Of a stretch of 64,000 nt of DNA, positions 29,016 through 39,019 are shown one piece after another. The DNA is from Bacteroidales bacterium. GTDB lineage: Bacteria; Bacteroidota; Bacteroidia; Bacteroidales; PUMT01. The position numbers and the translations under genes are program-made. The DNA lies in contig SLKJ01000087.1 in the NCBI GenBank assembly GCA_007134675.1, forward strand, positions 1,172-65,171, in the 5' to 3' direction. The notes beneath the pieces were generated by a model. The model had not been told where the DNA came from. It did no database searches and saw only the letters and a program-made list of their open reading frames with translations. Within the stretch, counting starts at the first letter, position 1. The number at the start of each line of letters is the position of its first letter.

Positions 29016-30218
29016 ATGTACATTGGTATTCTAAGTGAAACAAAAGTTCCGGCTGACCGCAGAGTTGCATTAACACCTTCTGCAGCTGTAAAATTGCAGG
29101 AATTATATCCTGAATTTAAGGTTACCGTTCAATCCTGCAATATCAGATGTTTTAGTGACAATGATTACAAGGAGGCAGGAATTGAGGTAACCGATGATAT
29201 TTCTGATTGCGATCTTCTTGTTGGTGTTAAGGAGGTAGCAGTATCCAGCCTGATACCCGGGAAAACTTATATGTTTTTTTCCCACACAGCCAAAAAGCAA
29301 CCCTACAACAAGAAATTATTGCAGGAGATAGTTAAGAAACAAATTACGCTGGTTGACTATGAGTATCTGACAGGTAATGATGATATTCGGCTTGTTTCAT
29401 TTGGCCGCTGGGCTGGGATGGTAGGTGCATACAACGGTCTCAGAGGTTATGGCATCCGGTTTGGATTATATGATTTGAAACCGGCGCATCAATGCCACGA
29501 TATGTCAGAAATACCCGATGAATTGAAAAAGGTTAATCTCCCGCCGGTAAAAATACTTATAACCGGTGGAGGACGTGTAGCCGGAGGTGCACGGGAAACA
29601 CTTGATCCACTCGGTTACAGGTATGTAGAGCCATCCGGGTTTCTTGCTGACCGGTATGATGAACCTGTTATTTGTCAGATAGAGCCATGGGATTATGTTA
29701 AAAGGAAGGATGATGGTGATTTTGATCTGCAGCATTTTTATTACTATCCTGATGAATATGAATCTTCATTTTTTCGATACAGCCGGGTGACTGATCTGTT
29801 TATTCCATGCCATTACTGGGATCCCCGGTCTCCTCGCTTTCTTGTTGAAAAGGATTATCGTCAACCGGACTTTAATATTTCAGTGATTGCCGATGTCAGT
29901 TGTGATGTTAAAGAGCCCATTGCATCCACTCTCAGGGCCTCAACAATTGATGAACCGTTTTATGGATATGATCCGGAAACAGGCTCGGAAGGAGATCCGT
30001 TTGACTTAAAAAACATAACTGTGATGGCAGTGGATAATCTGCCCGGTGAATTACCAAGAGATGCTTCATCTGATTTTGCTGAGAAGCTGGTTGATAGTGT
30101 ATTCCCCGCTTTTTTAAACGACAGGGACGGTATTATTGAGAGGGCAACTATTGTAAGAGAGGGCGGACTGACCAGGAGTTTTTCCTATCTGGAGGATTTT
30201 CTTACCGGTAAGGGTTAA
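29016..30218 (+). CDS. Alanine dehydrogenase/PNT-domain protein, saccharopine (lysine-ketoglutarate) dehydrogenase-like
   Basis: The N-terminus IGILSETKVPADRRVALTP resembles AlaDH/PNT, and there is a Rossmann segment (ILITGGGRVAGGA). The specific activity is not established. Confidence 0.55.
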   Translation: MYIGILSETKVPADRRVALTPSAAVKLQELYPEFKVTVQSCNIRCFSDNDYKEAGIEVTDDISDCDLLVGVKEVAVSSLIPGKTYMFFSHTAKKQPYNKKLLQEIVKKQITLVDYEYLTGNDDIRLVSFGRWAGMVGAYNGLRGYGIRFGLYDLKPAHQCHDMSEIPDELKKVNLPPVKILITGGGRVAGGARETLDPLGYRYVEPSGFLADRYDEPVICQIEPWDYVKRKDDGDFDLQHFYYYPDEYESSFFRYSRVTDLFIPCHYWDPRSPRFLVEKDYRQPDFNISVIADVSCDVKEPIASTLRASTIDEPFYGYDPETGSEGDPFDLKNITVMAVDNLPGELPRDASSDFAEKLVDSVFPAFLNDRDGIIERATIVREGGLTRSFSYLEDFLTGKG

Positions 30219-30306
30219 AATCATTATTCTTCCTGTTCTGATATTTTTTCAGGATATTTTTACGAATATTAATGAAACTGTTTGAAGAGGCTTCTGAATT
30301 GGTAAT

Positions 30307-30972
30307 TCAGGTAATTCTTTTACAGCAGTTTTTCAGAGAGTTAATTATCTCAGAAGGATTATCTGAACCAAAAATAGTATTTCCCGCTACAAGAACATCT
30401 ACTCCTGCCTGAACCAGGTGAGTGGCGTTTTTGGTGTCAACTCCCCCGTCAACCTGAATCAGTGCGGAAGATGAAGTTTCCTTTATCAGTTCCCTTAGTT
30501 TCAAAATCTTGTTATAACTGCTCTCAATAAAAATCTGCCCCCCGAACCCCGGATTTACAGTCATCAGAAGAACCATATCCAATAAGGGCAGTATCTCTTC
30601 CAGAAGTGATACTGGTGTATGAGGGTTTAGTGAAACTCCTGCTTTCATGCCAAGAGATTGTATTTTTCTGACTGCACTGTCAAGATGATCAACTGCCTCA
30701 TAATGCAAAGTCAAAACTGATGCTCCTGCTTCCCGGAATCGCGTGATGTAATTTTCCGGATTGACTATCATAAGATGCACATCCAGGGGTTTCCTGGTCT
30801 TCCTTTTTACAGCCTCCAACACAGGAAAGCCGAAACTGATATTAGGCACAAATACGCCATCCATAACATCAATATGGAGCCAGTCGGCCTCACTGTTGTT
30901 TATCATTTCAATATCAGCATCGAGGTTGCCAAAATTTGCAGAAAGTAATGAGGGTGATACTAAAGGTTGCAT
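30307..30972 (-). CDS. rpe: Ribulose-phosphate 3-epimerase
   Basis: It contains HIDVMDGVFVPNISFG, DVHLMI, MTVNPGFGGQ and VDGG. Confidence 0.93.
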   Translation of the reverse strand: MQPLVSPSLLSANFGNLDADIEMINNSEADWLHIDVMDGVFVPNISFGFPVLEAVKRKTRKPLDVHLMIVNPENYITRFREAGASVLTLHYEAVDHLDSAVRKIQSLGMKAGVSLNPHTPVSLLEEILPLLDMVLLMTVNPGFGGQIFIESSYNKILKLRELIKETSSSALIQVDGGVDTKNATHLVQAGVDVLVAGNTIFGSDNPSEIINSLKNCCKRIT

Positions 30973-31043
30973 TTCAGAGGGTTTAGATTCAGGTTGGCTT
31001 TAAAAAACAGGGTAAAAGGTATGGCATAAACTACAGGTTTCGA

Positions 31044-31904
31044 TTATAAGTATGTTTTCAGGATCTTGTTTCTTGTTGAATGCTTCAGGCGTTTGATAGC
31101 TTTTTCCTTTATCTGCCTGACTCTTTCCCTGGTGAGATTGAAGGCTTCACCTATTTCTTCCAGTGTGTGGGGATGCTTGCCATTAAGACCAAAATAGAGT
31201 CTTACAATATTAGCCTCCCTGTATGTAAGTGTGGATAATGCTCTTTCTATTTCCTTCCTGAGTGATTCATTAAGCAATTCCCGGTCGGGAGTTGGCATAT
31301 TGTCAGTAAGAAGTACATCGTACATTGTTCCTTCCTCATCCGGGTTTATCGGAGCGTCCATGGATACATGACGACCGGAAGTTTTGAGTGACTCCTTAAC
31401 ATCTTTTGGTGCAAGTTCAAGGGCCCGGGCAATTTCCAGAACCGAGGGTTCTCTTTCAAACTTCTGTTCAAGCTCAGAGAAGGTTCTGTTTATTTTATTT
31501 ATGTAACCGATCTTATTTAGCGGCAGGCGTACAATCCTTGCCTGTTCTGCAAGTGCCTGTAAAATTGATTGCCTTATCCACCATACGGCGTAAGAAATGA
31601 ATTTGAAACCCCTGGTTTCATCAAAACGTTGTGCTGCCTTTATAAGTCCGAGATTCCCTTCATTAATGAGATCGGGCAGACTGAGTCCCTGGTTTTGATA
31701 CTGTTTTGAGACTGATACGACAAATCTAAGGTTAGCCTTTATAAGAATATCAAGGGCTTTATCATCACCATTTTTGATTTTTCTGGCCAGTTCAACTTCT
31801 TCTTCAGCCGTGATAAGATCAACTTTTGCAATTTCATGCAGATATTTATCAAGTGAAGGAGTCTCCCTGTTTGTTACCTGTTTGATGATCTTTAACTGTC
31901 TCAT
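31044..31904 (-). CDS. rpoD: Primary RNA polymerase sigma factor (Bacteroidota short sigma-A)
   Basis: Sigma-70 regions 2-4 are present ([34 protein letters not shown]). At 286 aa it has no region 1.1. Confidence 0.92.
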   Translation of the reverse strand: MRQLKIIKQVTNRETPSLDKYLHEIAKVDLITAEEEVELARKIKNGDDKALDILIKANLRFVVSVSKQYQNQGLSLPDLINEGNLGLIKAAQRFDETRGFKFISYAVWWIRQSILQALAEQARIVRLPLNKIGYINKINRTFSELEQKFEREPSVLEIARALELAPKDVKESLKTSGRHVSMDAPINPDEEGTMYDVLLTDNMPTPDRELLNESLRKEIERALSTLTYREANIVRLYFGLNGKHPHTLEEIGEAFNLTRERVRQIKEKAIKRLKHSTRNKILKTYL

Positions 31905-32279
31905 TCAAACTGAGCTTTTGGTTTACCTGGGTATTTACGAGTACTGGTATGTAAAAGTTGCAACCCCTTAAATAATAATAAAACAGTAGTTGAAACTGGA
32001 AAGATTTATTTTTTAATTAAAAATAAAATACATTAACTTTGCTGTCTCAAGCAAACTTAAGTATAAAGTTATCGAAAATTGCAATTTGAAATAGAAAAAT
32101 ATATTTTTTTTCTGTTTTTTTGTATATTTCACTGAAATACTTATTATTGCATAATAATTCCACGTTTGAATTGCACAACTGTTTTATAATTTCCTTTTTA
32201 TATCGAAGCCGGTTGCCACATTTTACCGGAAATGCATCATTATAATTATCTATTATACTCATTAATTCCAATTAAACAC

Positions 32280-33959
32280 ATGTATGATATTCTTGAATTA
32301 AACAAGAAGCTGGTTTCTGATTTGCGTGATCTGGCAAAAGAGCTTAATATTAAGCGTGTTGAATCTCTAAAGAAACAGGATTTAATATATAAAATCCTTG
32401 ATCAGCAGGCAATAAACACTTCAGAGAAAGATGTTGAAAGAAGTGTCGGAACATCAGGAACCAGGGGCCAAAGTACCGGAAAACGCCGTGGAAGGCCACC
32501 CTCAAAGCATAAAAAAAAGAAAGAAGATCAACCTGATAAGGATAAGCGTGCTGTTGAAGTTAATCAATCCGTTACTACTTCCTCCCCGGGACCGGGCAAG
32601 GTTGGCGATGAGTCAGCAGGAACCTCTCCAGCAAATCAAACGGAACGACCGGACTCAAAGGGTAAATACTTTAAAGAGAAAGAAATTAAACATAAAAGGC
32701 AACCTCAGATTGAATCAAAATCCCATCAATCAACTCAAGTGTCTGAAAGAAAATCCCATCAACATGATAGATCGGGAAAAGAGGGATTTACAAAGAAGCA
32801 ACAGTTTGATAAGAAAGCAATTAATCATGAGTTCGATTTTGACGGTATTATTTCTTCCTCGGGACTGCTTGAAATAATGCCTGATGGTTACGGTTTTTTG
32901 CGTTCTTCAGATTATAATTATCTGAATTCACCCGATGATGTCTATGTTTCACAATCACAGATAAAGCTTTTCGGGCTTAAAACCGGTGATACTGTTCAGG
33001 GAACCATACGACCCCCAAAGGATGGAGAGAAGTACTTCCCCTTAATCAAAGTAGAGCAAATAAACGGGCGGACGCCGGATTATATAAGAGACCGTGTTCC
33101 TTTTGATTTTTTAACACCTTTATTCCCTGACCAGAAGTTTACGCTAGTCAGCGAGAGTAGCAACAGTTTATCTGCCAGAATAGTAGATCTTTTTGCTCCC
33201 ATTGGTAAGGGTCAGCGTGGTTTGATAGTGGCTCAGCCTAAAACCGGAAAAACCGTATTGCTTAAAGAGATTGCCAATGCCATTGCTGCCAATCACCCGG
33301 AAGTATACATGATGATCCTTCTTATCGATGAACGGCCTGAAGAGGTTACTGATATGGCCAGAAGCGTCAGGGGAGAAGTTGTTTCCTCAACCTTTGATGA
33401 GCCAGCTGACCGGCACGTCAGGGTCGCCAATATGGTAATTGAGAAAGCCAAGCGCATGGTTGAATGCGGACATGATGTTGTAATACTGCTGGACTCCATA
33501 ACAAGGCTTGCCAGGGCTTTCAATACAGTTTCTCCTGCTTCCGGCAAAGTGCTTTCTGGAGGTGTTGATGCAAATGCACTTCAGAAACCAAAACGTTTCT
33601 TCGGTGCTGCACGTAACATTGAGAATGGAGGTTCACTTACAATACTGGCTACTGCACTGACTGAGACCGGTTCAAAGATGGACGATGTAATCTTTGAAGA
33701 GTTCAAAGGAACGGGTAATATGGAGCTTCAGCTGGACAGGAAGTTGTCCAACAAACGAATCTATCCTTCTGTAGATGTTAATTTATCAAGTACAAGAAGA
33801 GAGGATCTTCTGCTTGATAAGGAGATGATGAATAAGATATGGATACTCAGAAACTATCTCTCCGACATGAATCCTGTTGAATCCATGGAATTTTTGAGGG
33901 ACAGAGTCTCAAAAACCAATTCTAATGAGGAGTTCCTCATTTCTATGAACAGTGAATAG
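32280..33959 (+). CDS. rho: Transcription termination factor Rho with long basic/polar N-terminal insertion
   Basis: It has a Rho_N domain ([24 protein letters not shown]), an RNA-binding domain (GYGFLR), a Walker A motif (AQPKTGKT) and [11 protein letters not shown] chose the ATG at 32280 over the ORF-track start at 32232. Confidence 0.93.
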   Translation: MYDILELNKKLVSDLRDLAKELNIKRVESLKKQDLIYKILDQQAINTSEKDVERSVGTSGTRGQSTGKRRGRPPSKHKKKKEDQPDKDKRAVEVNQSVTTSSPGPGKVGDESAGTSPANQTERPDSKGKYFKEKEIKHKRQPQIESKSHQSTQVSERKSHQHDRSGKEGFTKKQQFDKKAINHEFDFDGIISSSGLLEIMPDGYGFLRSSDYNYLNSPDDVYVSQSQIKLFGLKTGDTVQGTIRPPKDGEKYFPLIKVEQINGRTPDYIRDRVPFDFLTPLFPDQKFTLVSESSNSLSARIVDLFAPIGKGQRGLIVAQPKTGKTVLLKEIANAIAANHPEVYMMILLIDERPEEVTDMARSVRGEVVSSTFDEPADRHVRVANMVIEKAKRMVECGHDVVILLDSITRLARAFNTVSPASGKVLSGGVDANALQKPKRFFGAARNIENGGSLTILATALTETGSKMDDVIFEEFKGTGNMELQLDRKLSNKRIYPSVDVNLSSTRREDLLLDKEMMNKIWILRNYLSDMNPVESMEFLRDRVSKTNSNEEFLISMNSE

Positions 33960-34179
33960 TTTCTACTGCAGCATCACTCCCAGGGTTTTGTGTAAATCAT
34001 TCCGGCACCAGGATAATAATATGGTTTTACCTCATAAATACCGATCTGCCGGCCATTATGAGCAATATCATATAATTATTGCCTGAGGTTTTATATTTTT
34101 GTATTTTGCTGTTTTTTTAACTACTGACAGTGAACATGTCCACATTAAGACTATATAACCAACTAATTGCTATACAAAT

Positions 34180-37100
34180 ATGACTAAAAAGAAAAAATTT
34201 ATTACCTGTGACGGCAACTACGCAGCGGCACATGTTGCCTATATGTTCAGTGAGGTTGCTGCAATTTATCCAATTACACCCTCCTCAAACATGGCGGAAA
34301 ACGTTGATGAATGGGCGGCTAACGGCAGAAAGAATATTTTCGGAGAAATTCTTAAAGTTGTTGAGATGCAATCTGAAGGAGGTGCTGCCGGTGCAGTTCA
34401 CGGATCGCTGCAGTCTGGTGTACTTACAACAACCTTTACTGCTTCTCAGGGACTTCTTCTTATGATACCCAACATGTACAAGATATCGGGTGAATTGTTG
34501 CCCGGAGTTTTTCATGTCAGTGCAAGAAGCCTTGCCGCACAGGCTTTATCAATTTTTGGTGATCACAGTGATGTAATGAGTACAAGGCACACAGGTTTTG
34601 CATTACTCGCTACCGGTAGTGTACAGGAAATTATGGACATAGGTTCTGTTGCTCACCTTGCCTCCATTAAAACAAGAGTGCCCTTTCTGCATTTCTTTGA
34701 TGGATTCCGTACTTCGCATGAAATTCAGAAGGTCGAGCCCTGCGAACAGGATGAAATGGTAAAACTTCTTGATAAGGATGCTGTTCAGGCCTTCCGTGAA
34801 CGTTCACTTAACCCGGAACATCCGGTAACAAGGGGAACAGCCCAGAATCCTGACATATATTTCCAGTCCCGCGAGGCAGCAAATAAGTTTTTTGATGCTG
34901 TACCCGATGTAGTTGAGGAATATATGCAGAAGGTAAGCCAGATTACAGGCCGGGAATATCATCCATTCACATACTACGGTGATCCTGATGCGGAAAACAT
35001 AATAGTTGCAATGGGATCAGTTACTGATACAATCAAGGAGACAATTGATTACCTTAAATTACAGGGAGAAAAGGCAGGGCTTATCACTGTTCATTTATAC
35101 CGTCCCTTTTCTTCAAAGTATTTTATGAAAGTGCTTCCGAAATCAGTTAAAAGGATAGCCGTCCTTGACCGTACGAAAGAACCGGGTGCCAATGGTGAAC
35201 CTCTCTATCTGGATGTGAGGGATTTATTTTACAATTTACCTGGTGCGCCGGTCATAGTTGGTGGTCGTTACGGGCTGAGTTCAAAGGACACAACACCTGC
35301 AATGATCACTTCGGTTTATCAGAACCTCAAAATGGCAGAGCCTAAAAATGGCTTTACATTGGGCATAGTTGACGATGTAACCTATCGTTCGCTTCCCTTG
35401 TTACCTGAAATCGATGTCTCTCCCAAAGGGAATTATGCTGCAAAATTTTTTGGTATAGGAGCTGATGGTACAGTTGGCGCAAATAAGAATTCCATCATAA
35501 TAATAGGAGATACTACTGATAAATATGCCCAGGCATATTTTGCCTATGACTCAAAGAAATCCGGTGGTATTACTGTTTCCCACCTGCGTTTTGGTGATAA
35601 GCCTATCCGTGCTCCTTACCTTGTCAATACGGCTGATTTCATTGCCTGCCATGTTCCTGCATATCTTGAAAAGTATGATCTGCTCAGGGGACTTAAAAAA
35701 GGAGGCACTTTCCTGCTTAACAGCATCTGGGATGAGGAAGAGACCAAAAAGAAGCTTCCTGCAAGGATGAAGAAATACATGGCAGACAATGACATTAAGT
35801 TCTACATTATAAATGCAACCAGTATTGCCAAAGAGATTGGCCTTGGAGGCAGGACCAATACCATCATGCAATCTTCTTTTTTCAAGATATCAAATGTAAT
35901 TCCTTATCAGAAGGCAGTTGATGAAATGAAAAAAGCTATTATCAAATCTTTTGGAATGAAAGGTGAAGAGATAGTTGCTATGAACCATGCGGCGGTTGAT
36001 CGTGGTGGAGACGTTATCAGGATAGATATTCCGGAGGACTGGAAAAAAATTGATGACAGGAAGTCCGATGATAAAAGGGATATTCCTGACTTCATAAAAA
36101 ATATTATGGAACCTATCAATGCCCAAAATGGTGACAGCCTGCCGGTCAGCGCCTTTCTGGGACGTGAGGATGGTACATTTCCGGCAGGAACAACTGCCTA
36201 CGAGAAGCGGGGCATTGCTGTCAATGTCCCCGAATGGCTGCCCGATCACTGCATTCAATGTAATCAGTGTTCCTATGTTTGTCCCCATGCAGTAATAAGA
36301 CCATTTCTGCTTACCGATGAAGAGGCGAAAAACGCTCCGGAGGGTACAGTTACCATAAAAGGTATAGGTGGTACTAAAGACTATAATTACCGCATGCAGA
36401 TAAGTCCGCTGGACTGCACAGGCTGCGGAAACTGTATTGACGTTTGTCCCTCTAAAACCAAGGCTCTTGAAATGAAGACTCTGGAATCACAAATGGTTGA
36501 AAATGAGCGATGGGACTATATGCATCATAAAGTTGGATATAAAGATACTGTTCTTGATAAAACAAAAACAGTTAAAAACAGTCAGTTTGCGCAGCCATTG
36601 TTTGAGTTTTCAGGAGCATGTACAGGTTGTGGCGAAACACCATATATTAAATTGATTACCCAGCTTTATGGCGGCCGGATGATGGTAGCCAACGCAACGG
36701 GTTGTTCGTCAATTTACGGCGGATCTGCACCTTCCACGCCTTATACGGTAAATAAAAACGGTTATGGTCCGGCATGGGCCAATTCATTGTTTGAGGACAA
36801 TGCAGAATATGGCTATGGTATGGTGTTGGGTGTGAATCAGATGAGAATAAAGATCGGGGGTCTTATGAAAAAAGGCCTTGAGAGTGATTTATCTTCTGAA
36901 ATAAAAGAGGTATTCAGAGAGTGGCTGGAGGTGAAGGAAGACGGAGAAAAATCAATAGCTGTTTCAGATAAAGTAAAAGAGGTACTTAAAAATAAAAAAG
37001 ATGATATTTCGGTTGAGGTAATGAAACTGAAACAATACCTGGTTAAGAAATCAATCTGGGTGTTCGGAGGTGATGGATGGGCTTATGATATCGGCTATGG

Positions 37101-37713
37101 CGGACTTGATCATGTGATAGCTTCGGGAGACGATATCAATATGCTTGTTATGGATACTGAGGTATACAGCAATACCGGGGGACAGGCCTCGAAGTCCACA
37201 CCCATTGGCGCAGTTGCCAAATTTGCTGCAGCTGGAAAGAGGATCCGGAAAAAGGATCTTGGTGTAATGGCTATGAGTTATGGCTATGTGTATGTTGCAC
37301 AGGTGGCTCTTGGAGCAAGCCAGTCACAATTCTTCAAGGCAGTCAGGGAAGCTGAATCTTATCCCGGGCCTTCTGTTCTGATTGCATATTCACCCTGTAT
37401 CAATCATGGATTCAGGGGGGGAATGGGTAAAACCATGGAGCAGACCAAGCGTGCAGTCGAATCGGGTTACTGGACTAACTGGCGCTATAATCCACTTCTT
37501 GAAGAAGAGGGAAAGAATCCGTTTATACTTGATTCGAAAGAACCTGACTGGAGCAGGTTCCAGGAATTCCTGAAATCAGAAGTTCGTTATACATCACTTC
37601 AGAAAGCCTTTCCTGAGGTAGCTGCAGACTTATTTAAATCGGCAGAAGAGAATGCCAGATGGAGATATAACAGTTATGTCAGGATGGCTTCCATGGAATT
37701 CGATAAAGTATGA
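34180..37713 (+). CDS. nifJ: Pyruvate:ferredoxin (flavodoxin) oxidoreductase, single-polypeptide PFOR
   Basis: It is 1177 aa with two ferredoxin motifs (CIQCNQCSYVCP and CTGCGNCIDVCP) and a TPP motif (GGDGWAYDIGYGGLDH). Confidence 0.95.
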   Translation: MTKKKKFITCDGNYAAAHVAYMFSEVAAIYPITPSSNMAENVDEWAANGRKNIFGEILKVVEMQSEGGAAGAVHGSLQSGVLTTTFTASQGLLLMIPNMYKISGELLPGVFHVSARSLAAQALSIFGDHSDVMSTRHTGFALLATGSVQEIMDIGSVAHLASIKTRVPFLHFFDGFRTSHEIQKVEPCEQDEMVKLLDKDAVQAFRERSLNPEHPVTRGTAQNPDIYFQSREAANKFFDAVPDVVEEYMQKVSQITGREYHPFTYYGDPDAENIIVAMGSVTDTIKETIDYLKLQGEKAGLITVHLYRPFSSKYFMKVLPKSVKRIAVLDRTKEPGANGEPLYLDVRDLFYNLPGAPVIVGGRYGLSSKDTTPAMITSVYQNLKMAEPKNGFTLGIVDDVTYRSLPLLPEIDVSPKGNYAAKFFGIGADGTVGANKNSIIIIGDTTDKYAQAYFAYDSKKSGGITVSHLRFGDKPIRAPYLVNTADFIACHVPAYLEKYDLLRGLKKGGTFLLNSIWDEEETKKKLPARMKKYMADNDIKFYIINATSIAKEIGLGGRTNTIMQSSFFKISNVIPYQKAVDEMKKAIIKSFGMKGEEIVAMNHAAVDRGGDVIRIDIPEDWKKIDDRKSDDKRDIPDFIKNIMEPINAQNGDSLPVSAFLGREDGTFPAGTTAYEKRGIAVNVPEWLPDHCIQCNQCSYVCPHAVIRPFLLTDEEAKNAPEGTVTIKGIGGTKDYNYRMQISPLDCTGCGNCIDVCPSKTKALEMKTLESQMVENERWDYMHHKVGYKDTVLDKTKTVKNSQFAQPLFEFSGACTGCGETPYIKLITQLYGGRMMVANATGCSSIYGGSAPSTPYTVNKNGYGPAWANSLFEDNAEYGYGMVLGVNQMRIKIGGLMKKGLESDLSSEIKEVFREWLEVKEDGEKSIAVSDKVKEVLKNKKDDISVEVMKLKQYLVKKSIWVFGGDGWAYDIGYGGLDHVIASGDDINMLVMDTEVYSNTGGQASKSTPIGAVAKFAAAGKRIRKKDLGVMAMSYGYVYVAQVALGASQSQFFKAVREAESYPGPSVLIAYSPCINHGFRGGMGKTMEQTKRAVESGYWTNWRYNPLLEEEGKNPFILDSKEPDWSRFQEFLKSEVRYTSLQKAFPEVAADLFKSAEENARWRYNSYVRMASMEFDKV

Positions 37714-37730
37714 TGATTGTATCACATTCA

Positions 37731-37759
37731 AAAAAGCGGTCAGCATGGACCGCTTTTTT
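37731..37759 (+). terminator. Intrinsic terminator after nifJ
   Basis: The stem gcggtc/gaccgc has a 6-nt loop, with an A-run before it and T6 after it. Confidence 0.8.
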
Positions 37760-37800
37760 ATAATTTATTAATATGATTGTTAAACTAAAAAATTTAAAAT

Positions 37801-38814
37801 ATGGCTGATCTTAAAACCAAATTTATGGGAATCGATGTTAAGAATCCCATTGTAGTTGGTGCCTGTAATTTATCACAGAATCCTGAAACACTTGTTCAAC
37901 TTGAAAAAGCCGGGGCTTCTGCAATTGTATACAAATCACTTTTCGAGGAGCAGATACAGTATGAACGGGTTCAGATGAGTGATTCATTGCACGAATTTGA
38001 TGATCGTCATGCTGAAATGACAAGTATTCACCCTAAACTGGAACATGGTGGTCCGAAAGAGCATCTTCTGGAATTGAAGAAGGCTAAGGAGGCATTGACA
38101 ATTCCCCTGATAGCCAGCTTGAATGCAGTTTACAAGGAAACATGGGTTGAATACGCCCAACTGATCCAGGAAACAGGTGTTGATGGCCTTGAACTTAATT
38201 TTTACGCAGTTCCCAAAGACACAGGTTCTGATGCAGCCAAACTGGAAGGTCAGCAAATCGAAATATTAAAAGCAATTAAAAAAGCTGTAACCATACCTGT
38301 TTCAGTAAAACTAGGGCCATTCTACTCTAATCCGCTGTATGTTACTGCAAAGATGGACGAAGTCGGTGTAAATGGTTATGTATTGTTCAACCGGCTGTTT
38401 CAACCTGATATAGACATCGATAACGAGAAACATGTCTTCCCGTTTTACTTAAGCAGGGAAGGTGATTACAGATTATCCCTTAGATTTACGGGAATGTTGT
38501 TTAACAGTACTAAAGGAAATATCTGCAGTAATACCGGAATATATTCAGGAAAGGATGTTGCAAAAATGATCCTTGCAGGAGCAGATTGTGTTCAGGTGGT
38601 GAGTGCTCTTTACAAGAATAAGCCGGGGCATATATCTGTTATGCTTTCTGAGCTGGAATCATGGATGAAATCCAAATCCTATAATTCTCTCCCTGATTTC
38701 CAGGGTAAGCTTTCCAAAGCATCCACCAGCGATCCTTTTGCATATTCCAGGGCGCAATATGTTGATATTTTAATGAAACCTGAGGAAATATTAAAAAGAT
38801 ATCCGATCGTATAG
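37801..38814 (+). CDS. Dihydroorotate dehydrogenase-like protein (class 1 DHOD fold, catalytic motif absent)
   Basis: The N-terminus is DHOD-like (GIDVKNPIVVGA). However, ELNFYAVP stands where class 1A enzymes have ELNLSCPN. Confidence 0.7.
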   Translation: MADLKTKFMGIDVKNPIVVGACNLSQNPETLVQLEKAGASAIVYKSLFEEQIQYERVQMSDSLHEFDDRHAEMTSIHPKLEHGGPKEHLLELKKAKEALTIPLIASLNAVYKETWVEYAQLIQETGVDGLELNFYAVPKDTGSDAAKLEGQQIEILKAIKKAVTIPVSVKLGPFYSNPLYVTAKMDEVGVNGYVLFNRLFQPDIDIDNEKHVFPFYLSREGDYRLSLRFTGMLFNSTKGNICSNTGIYSGKDVAKMILAGADCVQVVSALYKNKPGHISVMLSELESWMKSKSYNSLPDFQGKLSKASTSDPFAYSRAQYVDILMKPEEILKRYPIV

Positions 38815-38838
38815 AATATTATCAATTCTGCAATTGTA

Positions 38839-38867
38839 AAAAGGGGAGTTTATAGCTCCCTTTTTTA
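38839..38867 (+). terminator. Intrinsic terminator after the DHOD-like gene
   Basis: The sequence aaaaaggggag-tttata-gctccc is followed by T6. Confidence 0.7.
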
Positions 38868-39019
38868 TTTACTCGTGAATCCATATGATACCGTGCCTCA
38901 CAGAAAGTGATGAATATTTTATTATAATATTGCTTCAGGCTTTTTTGTAAAAAAAACATATATTTTTAGCAATTAATAATTATTTTACCAGATTAAATGT
39001 AAATAACAGGTATCCGATA

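Noticed and set aside
32047-32271. 74-aa minus-strand ORF in the rpoD-rho intergenic region
   Set aside because: It is an AT-rich sequence with no motifs, and it occupies the expected rho promoter and leader.
32431-32877. 148-aa ORF in an alternative frame inside rho
   Set aside because: It arises from the purine-rich, low-complexity insertion region of rho. The rho frame is the one with conserved flanking domains.
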